Shown here one piece after another: positions 17,181-29,400 of a stretch of 32,000 nt of DNA (within the stretch, counting starts at the first letter, position 1; each line of letters opens with the position of its first letter). Both the position numbers and the translations under genes were made by a program. Location of the stretch: positions 2,070,001-2,102,000 of the forward strand of contig OW818675.1 of NCBI GenBank assembly GCA_942493095.1, read 5' to 3'. The notes under the pieces were generated by a model. That model was not told where the DNA came from. It saw only the letters and a list, made by a program, of their open reading frames with translations, and did not search any database. The stretch is from Candidatus Electronema halotolerans (GTDB lineage Bacteria; Desulfobacterota; Desulfobulbia; Desulfobulbales; Desulfobulbaceae).

Positions 17181-19341
17181 AGGTCAGGCGGCGGCTGAAC
17201 ATGTCAACCTGCACCAAGCGCACCCGGATCAAGTTGCCGAGCCGGTAGATGCGGCCTGTCCGTTCGCCGACTAACTGGTGGCCGGTGTTGTCGTGACGAT
17301 AAAAATCATCCTGCATGTCCCTGACCGGCACAGCTCCGCTGATCAGGCAGTCAACCAGCTCCACAAAGAGGCCGAACGAGGTCACGCCGGAGATCACAGC
17401 CTCAAACTCCTCTGTCACCCGCTCACGGAGATACAGGGCTGCCAGCCGGGCCTGCGCATCGCGTTCCGCCTCCACTGCCACCCGCTCTCTGCTGGAGAGA
17501 AAGCCGCCCGCTGTTTCCAGCGTCTCGCCAGCCGGAAGAACCGGGGCGGTCTTGTTCTTGGTGAGCAGATTCTGCAAAACTCGGTGCGCCACCAAATCAG
17601 GATAGCGGCGGATGGGCGAGGTGAAATGCAGATAATATTCAGCAGCAAGGCCGAAATGACCAAGGTTTTCAGGCGTGTATCTGGCCCGCTGCATGGTGCG
17701 GAGGAGCAGGTTGTTGACCACGTACTCTGCCGGGCTGTTCTTGGTCATGGCCAAGACTTCGGCAAACCAAGCCGGACCAATGGAATGCTGGGGCAGCTTT
17801 AGCCCCATTGAGGCACCAGTCTCAATAAAATCCCTGACCTTGTCCTGATCAGGATTTTCATGCACCCGGAACAGCACTGGTATTTCCGCCTTGTCCAAAG
17901 TTTCGGCCACAGCTTCGTTGGCTGCGAGCATGAACTCCTCGATCAGCAGATGGGCCTGATTGCGCTTCAGGCGGCTGACAGAAGCAATTTTCCCGTGCTC
18001 CAAGCAGATGTCCGCCTCCGGGATGCTGAAGCCGAGCGAGCCGCGCCGGGTGCGCTGTTCAGCCACCAAGGCGGCCAGCTCCTTGGCCTTCTCCAGCATG
18101 GGCAGCAGGGACTTGTGCATCTGCCGAATTTTTGGCTCGCGCAAATAAATCAGGCGGTGGACCGTGTTGTAGGTCAGGCGGGCATGGCTGCGGATCAGAC
18201 TCTTGCTGTATTTCGCTCCGATGCGGCGGCCTGCCTGATCAAAATCAAGAATGGCAGTGAAGGCGGGCCGGTCTTGGTCCGGGACCAAGGAGCAGAGATC
18301 GTTGGAGAGCCGCTCCGGCAGCATGGGCAGGACCATATCCGGCAGATAAACGCTGGTGCCGCGCTGATAAGCTTCCTGATCAAGGGCAGTGCCGGGCCGG
18401 ACATAATGGCTGACATCAGCAATCGAAACAAAGAGGCGGAAGCCCTGCTTGGTCTTCTGGACACAGATTGCGTCGTCAAAATCCTTGGCAGTTGGCCCGT
18501 CAATGGTGACATGGCGGAGATAGCGCAGATCGCGCCGCCCGGCCTCAGCCTCGGTGAGCGGCTCCAAGGCCTCAGCCTCAGCCTCCACGTCCGCCGGGAA
18601 GGTGCGGGGCAGATCAAACTGCTGCACTGCCATTTTGAGCTGGACCTGCGGCGTGTCCGGCAGCCCCAGAATCTCTGTCACCCGCCCCAGCGGCTGCCGC
18701 TGCGGGCTGCCATAGTCAAGCATTTCCACCAGCACGGCCATGCCGTCTGCCGCGTTCATGGATTCGCTCCGCTTGACCCGGATGGTGAAGGGCAGCTTGC
18801 CATTGTCCGGGGTGACAGCACCCATGTTGCGCCCGCCGATATAGGTGCCGCAGAGATGGGTGCAGGCCCGTTTCTCCACCTCAACCACTTCCCCTTCAGG
18901 CCGCCGGGAGTCAGGGCGGCTGGTCATGCGGATGAGCACCGTGTCGCCGTGACTGGCACCGTTCAGAGCAGGAGCGGGAATGAAAACATCCTTCTGCTGC
19001 TTGGCGACATTGCCTTCGAGCACGGCAAAGCCAAAGCCCTTGGCTGTCAGGGAGAGCTTGGCCCGCAGGCCGTCCTGCTGCTTGGCAAGCTGCCAGCACT
19101 GGCGGACCCGGCTGACCTTGCCAGCTTTCTCCAGCACGAGCAGGACTTCCTTGATCACATTCCGCTCCTGCTCAGGCAGGCCCAAGCTGCTGCAAACAGC
19201 AGTCAGCGACAGCGGCTCCTTCTGCCGACTGAGCACGGCGAGCAGCTGCTCACTCAAGGGGATTTCCGGCTCATGGCGGCGTTTTTTGCGACTGGGCCGA
19301 TAAGGCCGTCGTTTCTTCTCTTTATAACGTTTTTGTGACAT
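17164..19341 (-). CDS. rnr: Ribonuclease R
   Basis: Cold-shock domains, RNB catalytic 'TIDGPTAKDFDDAICV' and 'DMVLPMLPERLSNDLCSLVPDQDR', plus a C-terminal S1 domain. Confidence 0.95.
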   Translation of the reverse strand: MSQKRYKEKKRRPYRPSRKKRRHEPEIPLSEQLLAVLSRQKEPLSLTAVCSSLGLPEQERNVIKEVLLVLEKAGKVSRVRQCWQLAKQQDGLRAKLSLTAKGFGFAVLEGNVAKQQKDVFIPAPALNGASHGDTVLIRMTSRPDSRRPEGEVVEVEKRACTHLCGTYIGGRNMGAVTPDNGKLPFTIRVKRSESMNAADGMAVLVEMLDYGSPQRQPLGRVTEILGLPDTPQVQLKMAVQQFDLPRTFPADVEAEAEALEPLTEAEAGRRDLRYLRHVTIDGPTAKDFDDAICVQKTKQGFRLFVSIADVSHYVRPGTALDQEAYQRGTSVYLPDMVLPMLPERLSNDLCSLVPDQDRPAFTAILDFDQAGRRIGAKYSKSLIRSHARLTYNTVHRLIYLREPKIRQMHKSLLPMLEKAKELAALVAEQRTRRGSLGFSIPEADICLEHGKIASVSRLKRNQAHLLIEEFMLAANEAVAETLDKAEIPVLFRVHENPDQDKVRDFIETGASMGLKLPQHSIGPAWFAEVLAMTKNSPAEYVVNNLLLRTMQRARYTPENLGHFGLAAEYYLHFTSPIRRYPDLVAHRVLQNLLTKNKTAPVLPAGETLETAGGFLSSRERVAVEAERDAQARLAALYLRERVTEEFEAVISGVTSFGLFVELVDCLISGAVPVRDMQDDFYRHDNTGHQLVGERTGRIYRLGNLIRVRLVQVDMFSRRLTFAIAA

Positions 19342-19470
19342 GCGTCTCCTGTGCGTTTACAACGGGGTGAAACAGTTTTTTCCTGTTCCCTGTTTGCTTC
19401 TCAGTCTCTCCAGTGTACACTGCAATCTGGCAAAGATAAAGCAGCACCTTGCGCAAAGGACAGGGAGAAC

Positions 19471-21582
19471 ATGGAGATGAAAAATTTTGCTCTGGAACAG
19501 TACCGCCGCGAGATGGAGGCACTGGTTGGTTCCGGCCCGGCCATGCGGCTTTTTTACGAGGCTCTTGACTTTGCTGCTGATGCGCATGAGGGTCAGTTCC
19601 GCCGCTCCGGTGATCCCTATATTATTCATCCCTGCGCCACGGCCCGCATTCTGGCCAAGGAGCTGGAAATCCATAACCCGGAAATTCTCGCCGCCGGGCT
19701 GCTGCACGACACCATCGAGGATGTGGAGGAAATTGTCCCGGCAGTGATTCGAGAAAAATTCGGGGCCAATGTTGAGGCCATTGTGGTTGGCTGCACCAAG
19801 GTCAAGCACCACAGCGGCGACAAGCAGGCTCTGAAAAAACTCATTCACCGCCAGCTCTTCACCGGCGCGGCAGCCCGGCCTGAAGTGATGATCGTCAAAA
19901 TCGCGGACCGGCTCCACAACCTGCGCACCTTGGATGCCATGCCCCGCCACAAGCGGCAGCGCATTGCCGACGAGACCCTTGATTTCTACGCGCCCTTGGC
20001 CACCATCCTTGGTCTCTTCGCAGTCAAACGGGAGCTGTACAACCGCGCCCTTGCCAATAAATTTCCCAAACAGGGGCATCGCCTCCAGCAGCAGATTGAC
20101 CGTTTGGAGAGCAATCCTGCGCTTGCCACTCTGACGGTGGAAATTCAAGAAGCATTGCGGACTGTCAATATTAAGGCTGAAGTGACTGTCCGCACCAAAG
20201 GGCTGTGGGGCTATTATGACGCAAAAAATCGGGTTCTACGCAAGGAAATTGAAATACCGCAGGAAGTGCTGATCACTATGAACGAGAAGATTAGCTGCTA
20301 TCAGGTGCTCGGTCTGATCAACGAGCTGCATCCGCCCGTGCCGCGCACAGTGCGCGACTTCATTGCCAATCCCAAGCCGACCGGCTATCAGGGCCTTCAT
20401 GCCAAAGCCATCATCGAAGGGAACAAGTATCTGTTCAAAATCCGCACCGAGGAAATGGCCCGCAGCGCTCAGTGCGGGCTGGTCAAGAACTGGAACCCCA
20501 GCGACCGGAAATTAGACCGCTTCCTGACCGAATTGCAGGAGATGTTTGACATTCTCGGCAGCAATGAGGCCGTCTCCTACCGGGACATGATTGCGGCGGG
20601 CGGGCGCAAGGAAATCTACACCTACACCCCGGACGGCGACCTGATCTGCCTGCCTGTTCATGCCGCAGTCTTGGACTTTGCCTTTCATATTCACACCGAG
20701 ATCGGCCACCGCTGCACTGGGGCCATGATCGGCAACTGCAAGGTCGGGCCAGGCGACATGCTCCAAGACGGCAGCGTGGTCCGCATCCTCAAGCAGGATG
20801 AACAGGTTGATTTTGATCTGGAAATGCAGGCCAAATGCCAGACTCCCCGCGCCCGCAGCGAGCTGGCCAAGGCCTTCCGCGAGCGGATCAAGCATGTCTC
20901 GATCAGCACAGGCCGGGCGGTTTTGGAACAGGAGATGCGCCGCTACGGCCTCTCCTTTGACCTGATCGAGCATCCGAGCATGGAGCATATTCTTTTTTAT
21001 TTCAACATTTCCTCCAAAGATGAGTTGTTTCAGCGGGTCGGTGAAGGCAAAGTGAAGATGCGGGAGCTGATCTATGAGATACACAGCGGCCTGCTCGAAC
21101 AGCGCGAGATATTGCTGCATCAGCCGACCGGTATTCTCAACCGGATTGAGCTGACCACGGTTGATCCGGTGGTGGTCAAGTCCTCAGCCTGCTGCCATCC
21201 CACGCCTTTGGACCGAGGCTTGGTCGGCCTGCTCAGTCTGCGGGGCATCTCTCTGCACAGTAAGGACTGCTTTCAGTTGAAAAAACTGAAATTTCAGCGT
21301 GAGGACGCAGTGGAGGTGCGCTGGCGGCTCAGGGCCACGCCTGTGCCCAAGCCGCAGAAATTTGTGGTCGCCGATGTGACAGCCAAGTATTTGTTCAGCA
21401 GGCTGGCGGAAGCACCGGAGAATATGCGGATTCTGGAGGTTGTCGAAAGCGGCGGCAATCCGGGCGCGGCTTTCCGCACCTGGGAGGTGCATTTCACAGT
21501 CGCCAATCTCCTTGATCTGAAACGGGTGATCCGTCATCTTGACCGCTCGTTTTTGGTGTATAAGTTTGCTTTTCGGCAGTAA
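19471..21582 (+). CDS. RelA/SpoT family (p)ppGpp synthetase/hydrolase
   Basis: HD domain 'AHEGQFRRSGDPYIIHPCATA...LLHDTIEDV', synthetase motif 'NPKPTGYQGLHAKAII', TGS-like 'DGDLICLPVHAAVLDFAFHIHTEIGHRC', ACT-like C-terminus. ATG at 19471 has an upstream AGGGAG; the ORF is open to 19351. Confidence 0.9.
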   Translation: MEMKNFALEQYRREMEALVGSGPAMRLFYEALDFAADAHEGQFRRSGDPYIIHPCATARILAKELEIHNPEILAAGLLHDTIEDVEEIVPAVIREKFGANVEAIVVGCTKVKHHSGDKQALKKLIHRQLFTGAAARPEVMIVKIADRLHNLRTLDAMPRHKRQRIADETLDFYAPLATILGLFAVKRELYNRALANKFPKQGHRLQQQIDRLESNPALATLTVEIQEALRTVNIKAEVTVRTKGLWGYYDAKNRVLRKEIEIPQEVLITMNEKISCYQVLGLINELHPPVPRTVRDFIANPKPTGYQGLHAKAIIEGNKYLFKIRTEEMARSAQCGLVKNWNPSDRKLDRFLTELQEMFDILGSNEAVSYRDMIAAGGRKEIYTYTPDGDLICLPVHAAVLDFAFHIHTEIGHRCTGAMIGNCKVGPGDMLQDGSVVRILKQDEQVDFDLEMQAKCQTPRARSELAKAFRERIKHVSISTGRAVLEQEMRRYGLSFDLIEHPSMEHILFYFNISSKDELFQRVGEGKVKMRELIYEIHSGLLEQREILLHQPTGILNRIELTTVDPVVVKSSACCHPTPLDRGLVGLLSLRGISLHSKDCFQLKKLKFQREDAVEVRWRLRATPVPKPQKFVVADVTAKYLFSRLAEAPENMRILEVVESGGNPGAAFRTWEVHFTVANLLDLKRVIRHLDRSFLVYKFAFRQ

Positions 21583-21597
21583 AACACACACAGACCC

Positions 21598-22770
21598 ATG
21601 AAACAAGTCATCTCTTCAGAACAGAAGCCCATCAAGCTCTGGTTGGACGACATGGAAGCCAGCGCGCTGGCGCAGGCCCGCAATCTGGCCAATCATCCGT
21701 TCACCTTCCGCCATGTGGCCATCATGCCCGATGCTCATGCAGGCTATGGAATGCCGATTGGCGGGGTGCTGGCCTGTGACGGAGCGGTGATTTGCAATTC
21801 TGTCGGCGTTGACATAGGCTGCGGCGTATGCGCGGTACAGACTTCTCTGCCCAGCCTTGACCGTGACACCTTGAAACACATTCTCGGCCTGATCCGGGAA
21901 ACTGTACCGGTCGGCTTCAAGCATCACAAACGGCAGCAGGAACGCAGTCTGCTGCCTGATCTCGCCCGGCTGGACGCGGTGGAAAAATCCATTGTCCGCC
22001 AGCAGTTCGAGGCTGGCTGCAAGCAGATCGGCACCTTGGGCGGCGGCAATCATTTCATTGAAATCCAGCAGGGCGATGACGGCCATGTCTGGCTGATGAT
22101 TCATTCCGGCAGCCGCAACATTGGCCTGAAAGTGGCTGAACACTACAACCGGCTGGCTGTCGCCCTGAATGAGCAATGGCGGAGCGCAGTGCCCAAGGAG
22201 TGGCAGCTTGCCTTCCTGCCCTTGGCAACACAGGAAGCGCAGGATTACTTGGCGGAAATGAGCTGGTGCGTTGACTTCGCCTTAGCCAACCGGAAGCTGA
22301 TGATGGAACGGGTCAAGGCGGCAGTGCAGGAAATCGCCGGTGAGGTTGATTTTTTGAATTTCATCAACATTGCCCATAACTACGCGACAATGGAAGAGCA
22401 TTTTGGCAAGGAGCTGCTCATCCACCGCAAAGGGGCCACCCGCGCCTTTGCCGGGGAATACGGCATCATTCCTGGCTCGCAGGGCAGCCGCAGTTATATT
22501 GTGGTCGGCAAGGGCAACCAAGAGAGCTTTTGTTCCTGCTCGCATGGCGCGGGCCGGAAGATGGGGCGCAAGCAGGCCCAGCGCGAATTAGATTTAACTG
22601 CGGAAGTGGAGCGGCTCAACGCGCTCGGCGTGGTGCATGGCATCCGCCATCAGAAGGATTTGGACGAGGCTGCCGGGGCGTACAAGGATATTGAAACAGT
22701 GATGGGAAACCAAAGCGATCTGGTTGACATTGCAGTCAGCCTGTTGCCGCTGGCGGTGATTAAGGGGTAA
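21598..22770 (+). CDS. rtcB: RtcB family RNA ligase
   Basis: 'HVAIMPDAHAGYGMPIGGVLA', 'VGVDIGCGVCAVQT', 'LGGGNHFIEIQ', 'GSQGSRSYIVVGKGNQESFCSCSHGAGRKMGRKQA'. Confidence 0.93.
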   Translation: MKQVISSEQKPIKLWLDDMEASALAQARNLANHPFTFRHVAIMPDAHAGYGMPIGGVLACDGAVICNSVGVDIGCGVCAVQTSLPSLDRDTLKHILGLIRETVPVGFKHHKRQQERSLLPDLARLDAVEKSIVRQQFEAGCKQIGTLGGGNHFIEIQQGDDGHVWLMIHSGSRNIGLKVAEHYNRLAVALNEQWRSAVPKEWQLAFLPLATQEAQDYLAEMSWCVDFALANRKLMMERVKAAVQEIAGEVDFLNFINIAHNYATMEEHFGKELLIHRKGATRAFAGEYGIIPGSQGSRSYIVVGKGNQESFCSCSHGAGRKMGRKQAQRELDLTAEVERLNALGVVHGIRHQKDLDEAAGAYKDIETVMGNQSDLVDIAVSLLPLAVIKG

Positions 22771-22883
22771 GTTTGGCAGAAAATGCTTGCGGTTTACTGA
22801 GGAGTGTGTTTACTCTGAACACAGAGTAATTCGCCATAGCTGATCCCGCTGACCGACAAAATTTATTATTTCTAGTAATTTTC

Positions 22884-23036
22884 ATGACAGTAGCTGAGAT
22901 GTTTGCAGATTTCCTTGATAATCTAAAAGTAGATAATGCAGATAAAATCAGCCTGCGTTATGGAGAGATTACTGCCAGCTTGAACAAAAAATTCAGAGAG
23001 TCTGAATCCACATTCTTAAAACGAGGGCTTTTCATG
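22884..23036 (+). pseudogene. N-terminal fragment of a SMODS/CD-NTase-type nucleotidyltransferase (CBASS relic)
   Basis: 'MTVAEMFADFLDNLKVDNADKISLRYGEITASLNKKFRESES' resembles the N-terminus of SMODS nucleotidyltransferases (..LKVDN..I..RYGEIT..LNK.FRd..SKTANsLQVGSyGR). The pattern breaks off just before the catalytic GS motif. Confidence 0.6.
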
Positions 23037-23324
23037 AATATCACATTAACGCCAGACATTGAGCAGGTGCTGCGCCAAGCAGCAATAAAACAGGGGGCAA
23101 CTGTTGAATCAATCGTCCTGAAAACACTTCGAGAGTGTTTTTTCCAAAAGGAGAGTAAACAACAGAATTGTTCCAAGATGAACAGTTTGGCTGACATGCT
23201 GGAAGGATATATCGGCACAATTGACAGCGGAGAAATTATTCAAGGCGGTGCGCAGATGTCCAAAAACAGCGGGAAAAAATTTGCCGACATCCTTGCGGAA
23301 AAATACCGGCAGGGAAAAATATGA
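23037..23324 (+). CDS. Putative antitoxin paired with PIN toxin
   Basis: 'MNITLTPDIEQVLRQAAIKQGATVESIVLKTLRECFF...' is an antitoxin-like N-terminus. The stop overlaps the start of the PIN ORF (ATGA at 23321). Confidence 0.6.
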   Translation, partial: NITLTPDIEQVLRQAAIKQGATVESIVLKTLRECFFQKESKQQNCSKMNSLADMLEGYIGTIDSGEIIQGGAQMSKNSGKKFADILAEKYRQGKI

Positions 23325-23731
23325 TATTGACCGATACCGGGCCGCTGATTGCCTTGCTTGATAAGAGGGATAATCAGCATAGACGTTGTCTTGATGTCAT
23401 CAGCACCCTGCCTGCTGAACCCATGCTGACAACATGGCCGTGCTTTACCGAAGCCATGCTTATTCTCGGAGCAGTAGGCGGGTATCGTTATCAGGATGTT
23501 CTTTGGCAATTGGTGTAGGAAATGAAACTGGATATCCATGATTCATCCCTTGCAGAAATTAAGATAATGCGTAATTTGATGAAAAAATATCAGGATACGC
23601 CGATGGATCTGGCTGATGCCTCCTTGGTCGCTTTGGCAGAGCATGGAAAAATGAAACGAATTTTTACAGTTGACAGTGATTTCTATATCTATCGCCTTTC
23701 GGACGGTTCAGCACTTGAGGTCATTCCATGA
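23321..23731 (+). pseudogene. PIN-domain toxin interrupted by in-frame TAG
   Basis: 'MILTDTGPLIALLDKRDNQHRRC...GGYRYQDVLWQLV' [TAG 23516-23518] 'EMKLDIHDSSL...LMKKYQDTPMDLADASLVALAEHGKMKRIFTVDSDFYIYRL...ALEVIP'. Both halves are in the same frame and together make one PIN domain. Confidence 0.85.
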
Positions 23732-23781
23732 CAGCCCGACAGGAAGTGAACACCCCGCCGTCAAAGCAGAACTTGGCGGCG

Positions 23782-23877
23782 GGGGAAATAACCGCTGCCA
23801 CAGCCTTGCGGCTTGCCAGATACTTTGATATGTCGCCGCAATTTTGGCTCGGCCTGCAAATGGACTTTGAACTTGAT
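23782..23877 (+). pseudogene. Remnant of HigA-family antitoxin C-terminus
   Basis: 'GEITAATALRLARYFDMSPQFWLGLQMDFELD' matches the HigA C-terminal helix pattern (gIt.dtAlRLarafgtspefWlnLQ.dyeL). The HTH N-terminus is absent. Confidence 0.65.
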
Positions 23878-23883
23878 CCCACA

Positions 23884-23926
23884 AAAAAAGCGGCAGCTCC
23901 CGCAACCGGGAGTCTGCCGCTTTTTT
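23884..23926 (-). terminator. Terminator downstream of groL (bidirectional-looking)
   Basis: AAAAAAGCGGCAG-c-TCCC-gcaacc-GGGA-gt-CTGCCGCTTTTTT. Confidence 0.88.
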
Positions 23927-23945
23927 GTTCAGAAGCAGCTTGGGC

Positions 23946-25610
<1,665 letters not shown>

Positions 25611-25669
25611 TTAACTCCTTTATAGCTTGTGTTGATGAAAACAGGATGATTGACAGACAGGGCAGGCTT

Positions 25670-25960
25670 TCAGCCTTCAATGATGCCGAGGATGTCGTCC
25701 TCGCGCATGATGAGATACTTCTCGCCATCGACTTTCACGTCAGTGCCGCCGTATTTGGAGAACAGCACCCGGTCACCTTCTTTGACATCCATAGCGATCC
25801 GCTCGCCTGCGTCATTCCGCTTGCCTGCGCCGACAGCAACAACTTTGCCCTCAGCAGGCTTTTCTTTGGCGGAATCAGGGATGATGATGCCGCCTGCGGT
25901 TTTTTCCTCTTCCTCCACTCTTTGGACCAGAATGCGGTCATTCAAGGGACGAATCTTCAT
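25670..25960 (-). CDS. groS: Co-chaperonin GroES
   Basis: '[46 protein letters not shown]'. Confidence 0.99.
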   Translation of the reverse strand: MKIRPLNDRILVQRVEEEEKTAGGIIIPDSAKEKPAEGKVVAVGAGKRNDAGERIAMDVKEGDRVLFSKYGGTDVKVDGEKYLIMREDDILGIIEG

Positions 25961-26190
25961 GGACGTAATCCTCCTGTTGCACAGATTTGTTTATTGTTTG
26001 TATCGGAAAATACAAGCCGGGCATGCTGCCTTTCCGGCTGATTCACGTGTTTGGCGACAGGCGCAGCAGCGTCCTGTCATCTGACTTGGCCAAACAATAG
26101 GGACGGATGGGGGAAAATCAAGGGGCGGGGCAGAAAAAAATTTCTTCCTGAAATAGGATTAAAAATCAAAAAGAAGGAAGACAGGGAGCT

Positions 26191-26388
26191 TCAGTCCGCT
26201 GGCTGCCGGGCAAAAAAATGACGGCGGAGGAACTCGCATTCCGCAGGCGTGAGGTCAAAGCGCAGCTCGGCGGCGGCTGTCACCTTGGCCCGCTGCTTGT
26301 CCGGGTGCTGCTGCATGGTCCCGCTGATCCATGCGACAGCCTTTTGCAGATTGGTGGAAGCAGTGAGAAGCTCAGTGGCGGCAGACAT
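26191..26388 (-). CDS. Small uncharacterised protein at the end of the hsd operon
   Basis: 65-aa ORF starting 17 nt downstream of the hsdR stop, same strand, with normal amino-acid composition. Confidence 0.5.
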   Translation of the reverse strand: MSAATELLTASTNLQKAVAWISGTMQQHPDKQRAKVTAAAELRFDLTPAECEFLRRHFFARQPAD

Positions 26389-26405
26389 GCCGTCCTCCTT
26401 GGCAG

Positions 26406-29400
26406 TCAGTCGGGCAATGCCGCTCTGCTCTGGTATTGTTTGAAATTCTCCGCCTGCTCAAAAATTTCCTTATACACCTCATCCCGGTCAACCGGCGGAT
26501 AGTCGTTCTCAGCCAGCAGGATGATCAAATCTGCTTTCAATTCAGCTTTCACATCCTCACGCTGGCTCCAGTCGGTATATTTGCTCTTGTCGTCAACAAC
26601 AACTTTGACTTCCTTGGCCAACAGGAGGAGCTTGTCTTCCGGGTAGGCAAAATCATATTTATGGGCCAAGGCCTTGAGAATATCATAAAACGCCTTTTCT
26701 TCAAGGTCGATGCCCAAATCTCCATAAGATTCCTTTTCCTTTTTCAGCGCGGCAATTAGATCGTAAATCTCATCAGTGAAGTCTTCCAGCACTTCGCTTC
26801 TCAATATATCATCTTCCTTGCGCTCATTGTACCGCTCCACCAAGTCTTTAAACTTTTTTGAAAAATCAACACCCTTAATTTTATTGACCTTCTTGAAATC
26901 TTCAATTGCCTTGGCCAAAAGCTGCTGGAGAATTTTCAGTTTCGTGTTGGGCAGTTTGATCTTGTCAATTTTGGCCAAATAGTCATCATCAAAAAGGTCA
27001 TGCTCCTTGCCGCCGTCCTCGCCCATTTTGAAAATTTCTTCCACACCGTCGCTGGCAAGGGCATCCTTGATCATCTCCCGCACCTTAGCATTCATCTGGG
27101 CAAGATCAGGAGCTGTTCCCTTGGTCAGTTTGAAGATAATCGAACGCACAGCCAGATACAAATGAATATGGTCGCGCTCATTCTGGCTGAACCTGTCGGT
27201 ACCGCAGCAGATATCATAAGCAGCCTTGAGCCGTTTCACTAACGCTATGAAGCGTTTTTCCTGCGCATCAGTGATCATGGCAAATTCTGCCGCTCTGTTG
27301 AGACAGCATAGCTGTTCATTGGGAGTGCCAGTAAAATACAGAGAAGTATCAAACGGATAAAAGAGTTTACCTAACAAGTCCAGATGATCTTTAACGACTG
27401 TAATGGACTGACTGATTTCCTCAAAGTTGGTGCTGTCCATTTTTGAGTATTGCGCCAGAGCCTGATTCATCTGCCCTTTGATGCCGATATAATCAACCAC
27501 CAGCCCCTTTTCTTTGCCCTCAAACCTGCGGTTGACGCGGGAAATGGTCTGAATCAACGTGTGCCGCTGCACTGGCTTGTCAATATACATGGTGTCAAGA
27601 AAGGGCACGTCAAAGCCGGTCAGCCACATATCCACGACAATGGCGATCTTGAAATTGGATTTGCCGCTTTTGAACTGCCGGTCCAGTTCCTTGCGCCAGT
27701 CCTTGCTGCCGAGCAGGTCATACAGCTCTTTGGGATCATCTTGGCTGCGGGTCATGATCATCTTGAGCCGCTCCATCGGCATGATCTCTTTGCGCTCGTT
27801 TTCCGTCAGTTCTGCCCCTTCCTCGCAGACCTTGACCTCAGCCCATGCAGGACACAGGGCAATGATTTCTTTGTACAAATTCCAAGCAATCTTGCGGCTG
27901 GAGCAGACAAACACAGCCTTGCCTTTGACCGTCGCGCCTTCCTTCACCCGCGCCTCGTAATGCCTGACAAAATCATCAGCCAAGGCGCGAATCCGATCCG
28001 GGTCGCCGAGAATAGCGTTCATTTTGGCAGTGGCCTTTTTGCTCTCCTCAATCTGGTATTCGCCCGCCCCTTGTTCAGCGCATTGGGCGTAATAGTCCTC
28101 AATTTCCTCCAGCTTGGCATTGTCAAGCAGCACCTTGGCGGCCCGGCCTTCATAGACAATGCGCACCGTGATCTCATCCTTGACCGATTCTGTCATGGTG
28201 TAGGCATCCACCACTGGGCCGAACACATCCAAGGTCGCGTCAATGGGCGTGCCAGTGAAGCCAATGTATGTGGCATTGGGCAGAGAATCATGGAGATACT
28301 TGGCAAAGCCGTAGCTGCGCCGCAGCCCTTGTTCCGTGACCCGCACCTTTTGCTCCAGATTGAGCTGGCTGCGGTGCGCCTCGTCGGAAATGCAGATCAC
28401 ATTGTTGCGCTCAGTGAGCAAGTCCGTGTCTTCAGTAAACTTGTGAATGGTGGTCAGGAACACGCCGCCGCTGTTCCGGCCTTGCAAGAGTTCCCGGAGC
28501 TGGACCCGGCTGGCAACGCTGATCACAGCCTCGTCGCCGATATAGCCCTTGGCCGCCACAAACTGGGCTGAAAGCTGGTCGTCAAGATCAGTGCGGTCGG
28601 TGATCAAAACAATGGTGGGACTGGCGAATTCCACGCTTTTCATCAGCAGGCGGGTGAGAAAGAGCATGGTGAAGCTCTTGCCGCAGCCAGTGGCTCCGAA
28701 ATAGGTGCCGCCTTTGCCGTCTCCGTGCGGGCGGCGATGCGCCTTGATATTTTGAAAGAGTTTCTTGGCGGCGTAATACTGGGGATAGCGGCAGAGGATT
28801 TTCTCGTCTTTCTTGGAACTGTCTGGAAAATAAATAAAATTGCGGATAATGTCGCGCAGCCGGTCTTGGTTGAACAAGCCCTTGATCATGGTGAAGAGCG
28901 AGTCAATGCCGTCCTTGTCCTTCAGCTCGCTGCCGTCTGTTTTCCGCCAAGCGTAAAAGAACTCGTACTGGGCAAAAAAAGAACCAGCCTTGTTGTTCAC
29001 CCCGTCGCTGATCACGCAAAAGGCGTTGTATTTGAACAGTTCCGGGATGTCGCGGCGATAGCGTGTTGTAAGCTGGACATACGCATCATGGATGGTCGCC
29101 TCTTCGCGGATTGCGCTTTTGAATTCAAAGACCACCAAGGGCAGGCCGTTGATGTAAAGAATCGCGTCCGGGATGCGCTTCTCATAGCCCGTGATTTCCA
29201 ACTGGCTGACGAGTTTGAAGATGTTCTGGCCGCTGCCGTAGCGGGCAGGTGCTTCAGCAGTCACGGCAATCAGCTCGGACGCAGCCGGGGCGCGGAACTC
29301 GCCCAAGTCGGAAGAGTCAATGAGCTGGATATAAATATCTTTTTGGCTGCGGTCTTCCCGTTTGAGCAGGAAGCCGTCGGCAACCATTTTCATGATCGCC

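Noticed and set aside
21598-22770. rtcB as part of an RNA-repair defence operon
   Set aside because: No RtcA, archease or RtcR is seen beside it. Standalone rtcB next to a RelA/SpoT gene is unremarkable.
25961-26190. Possible CIRCE/HrcA operator upstream of groS
   Set aside because: I looked for TTAGCACTC-N9-GAGTGCTAA in this interval and did not find it.
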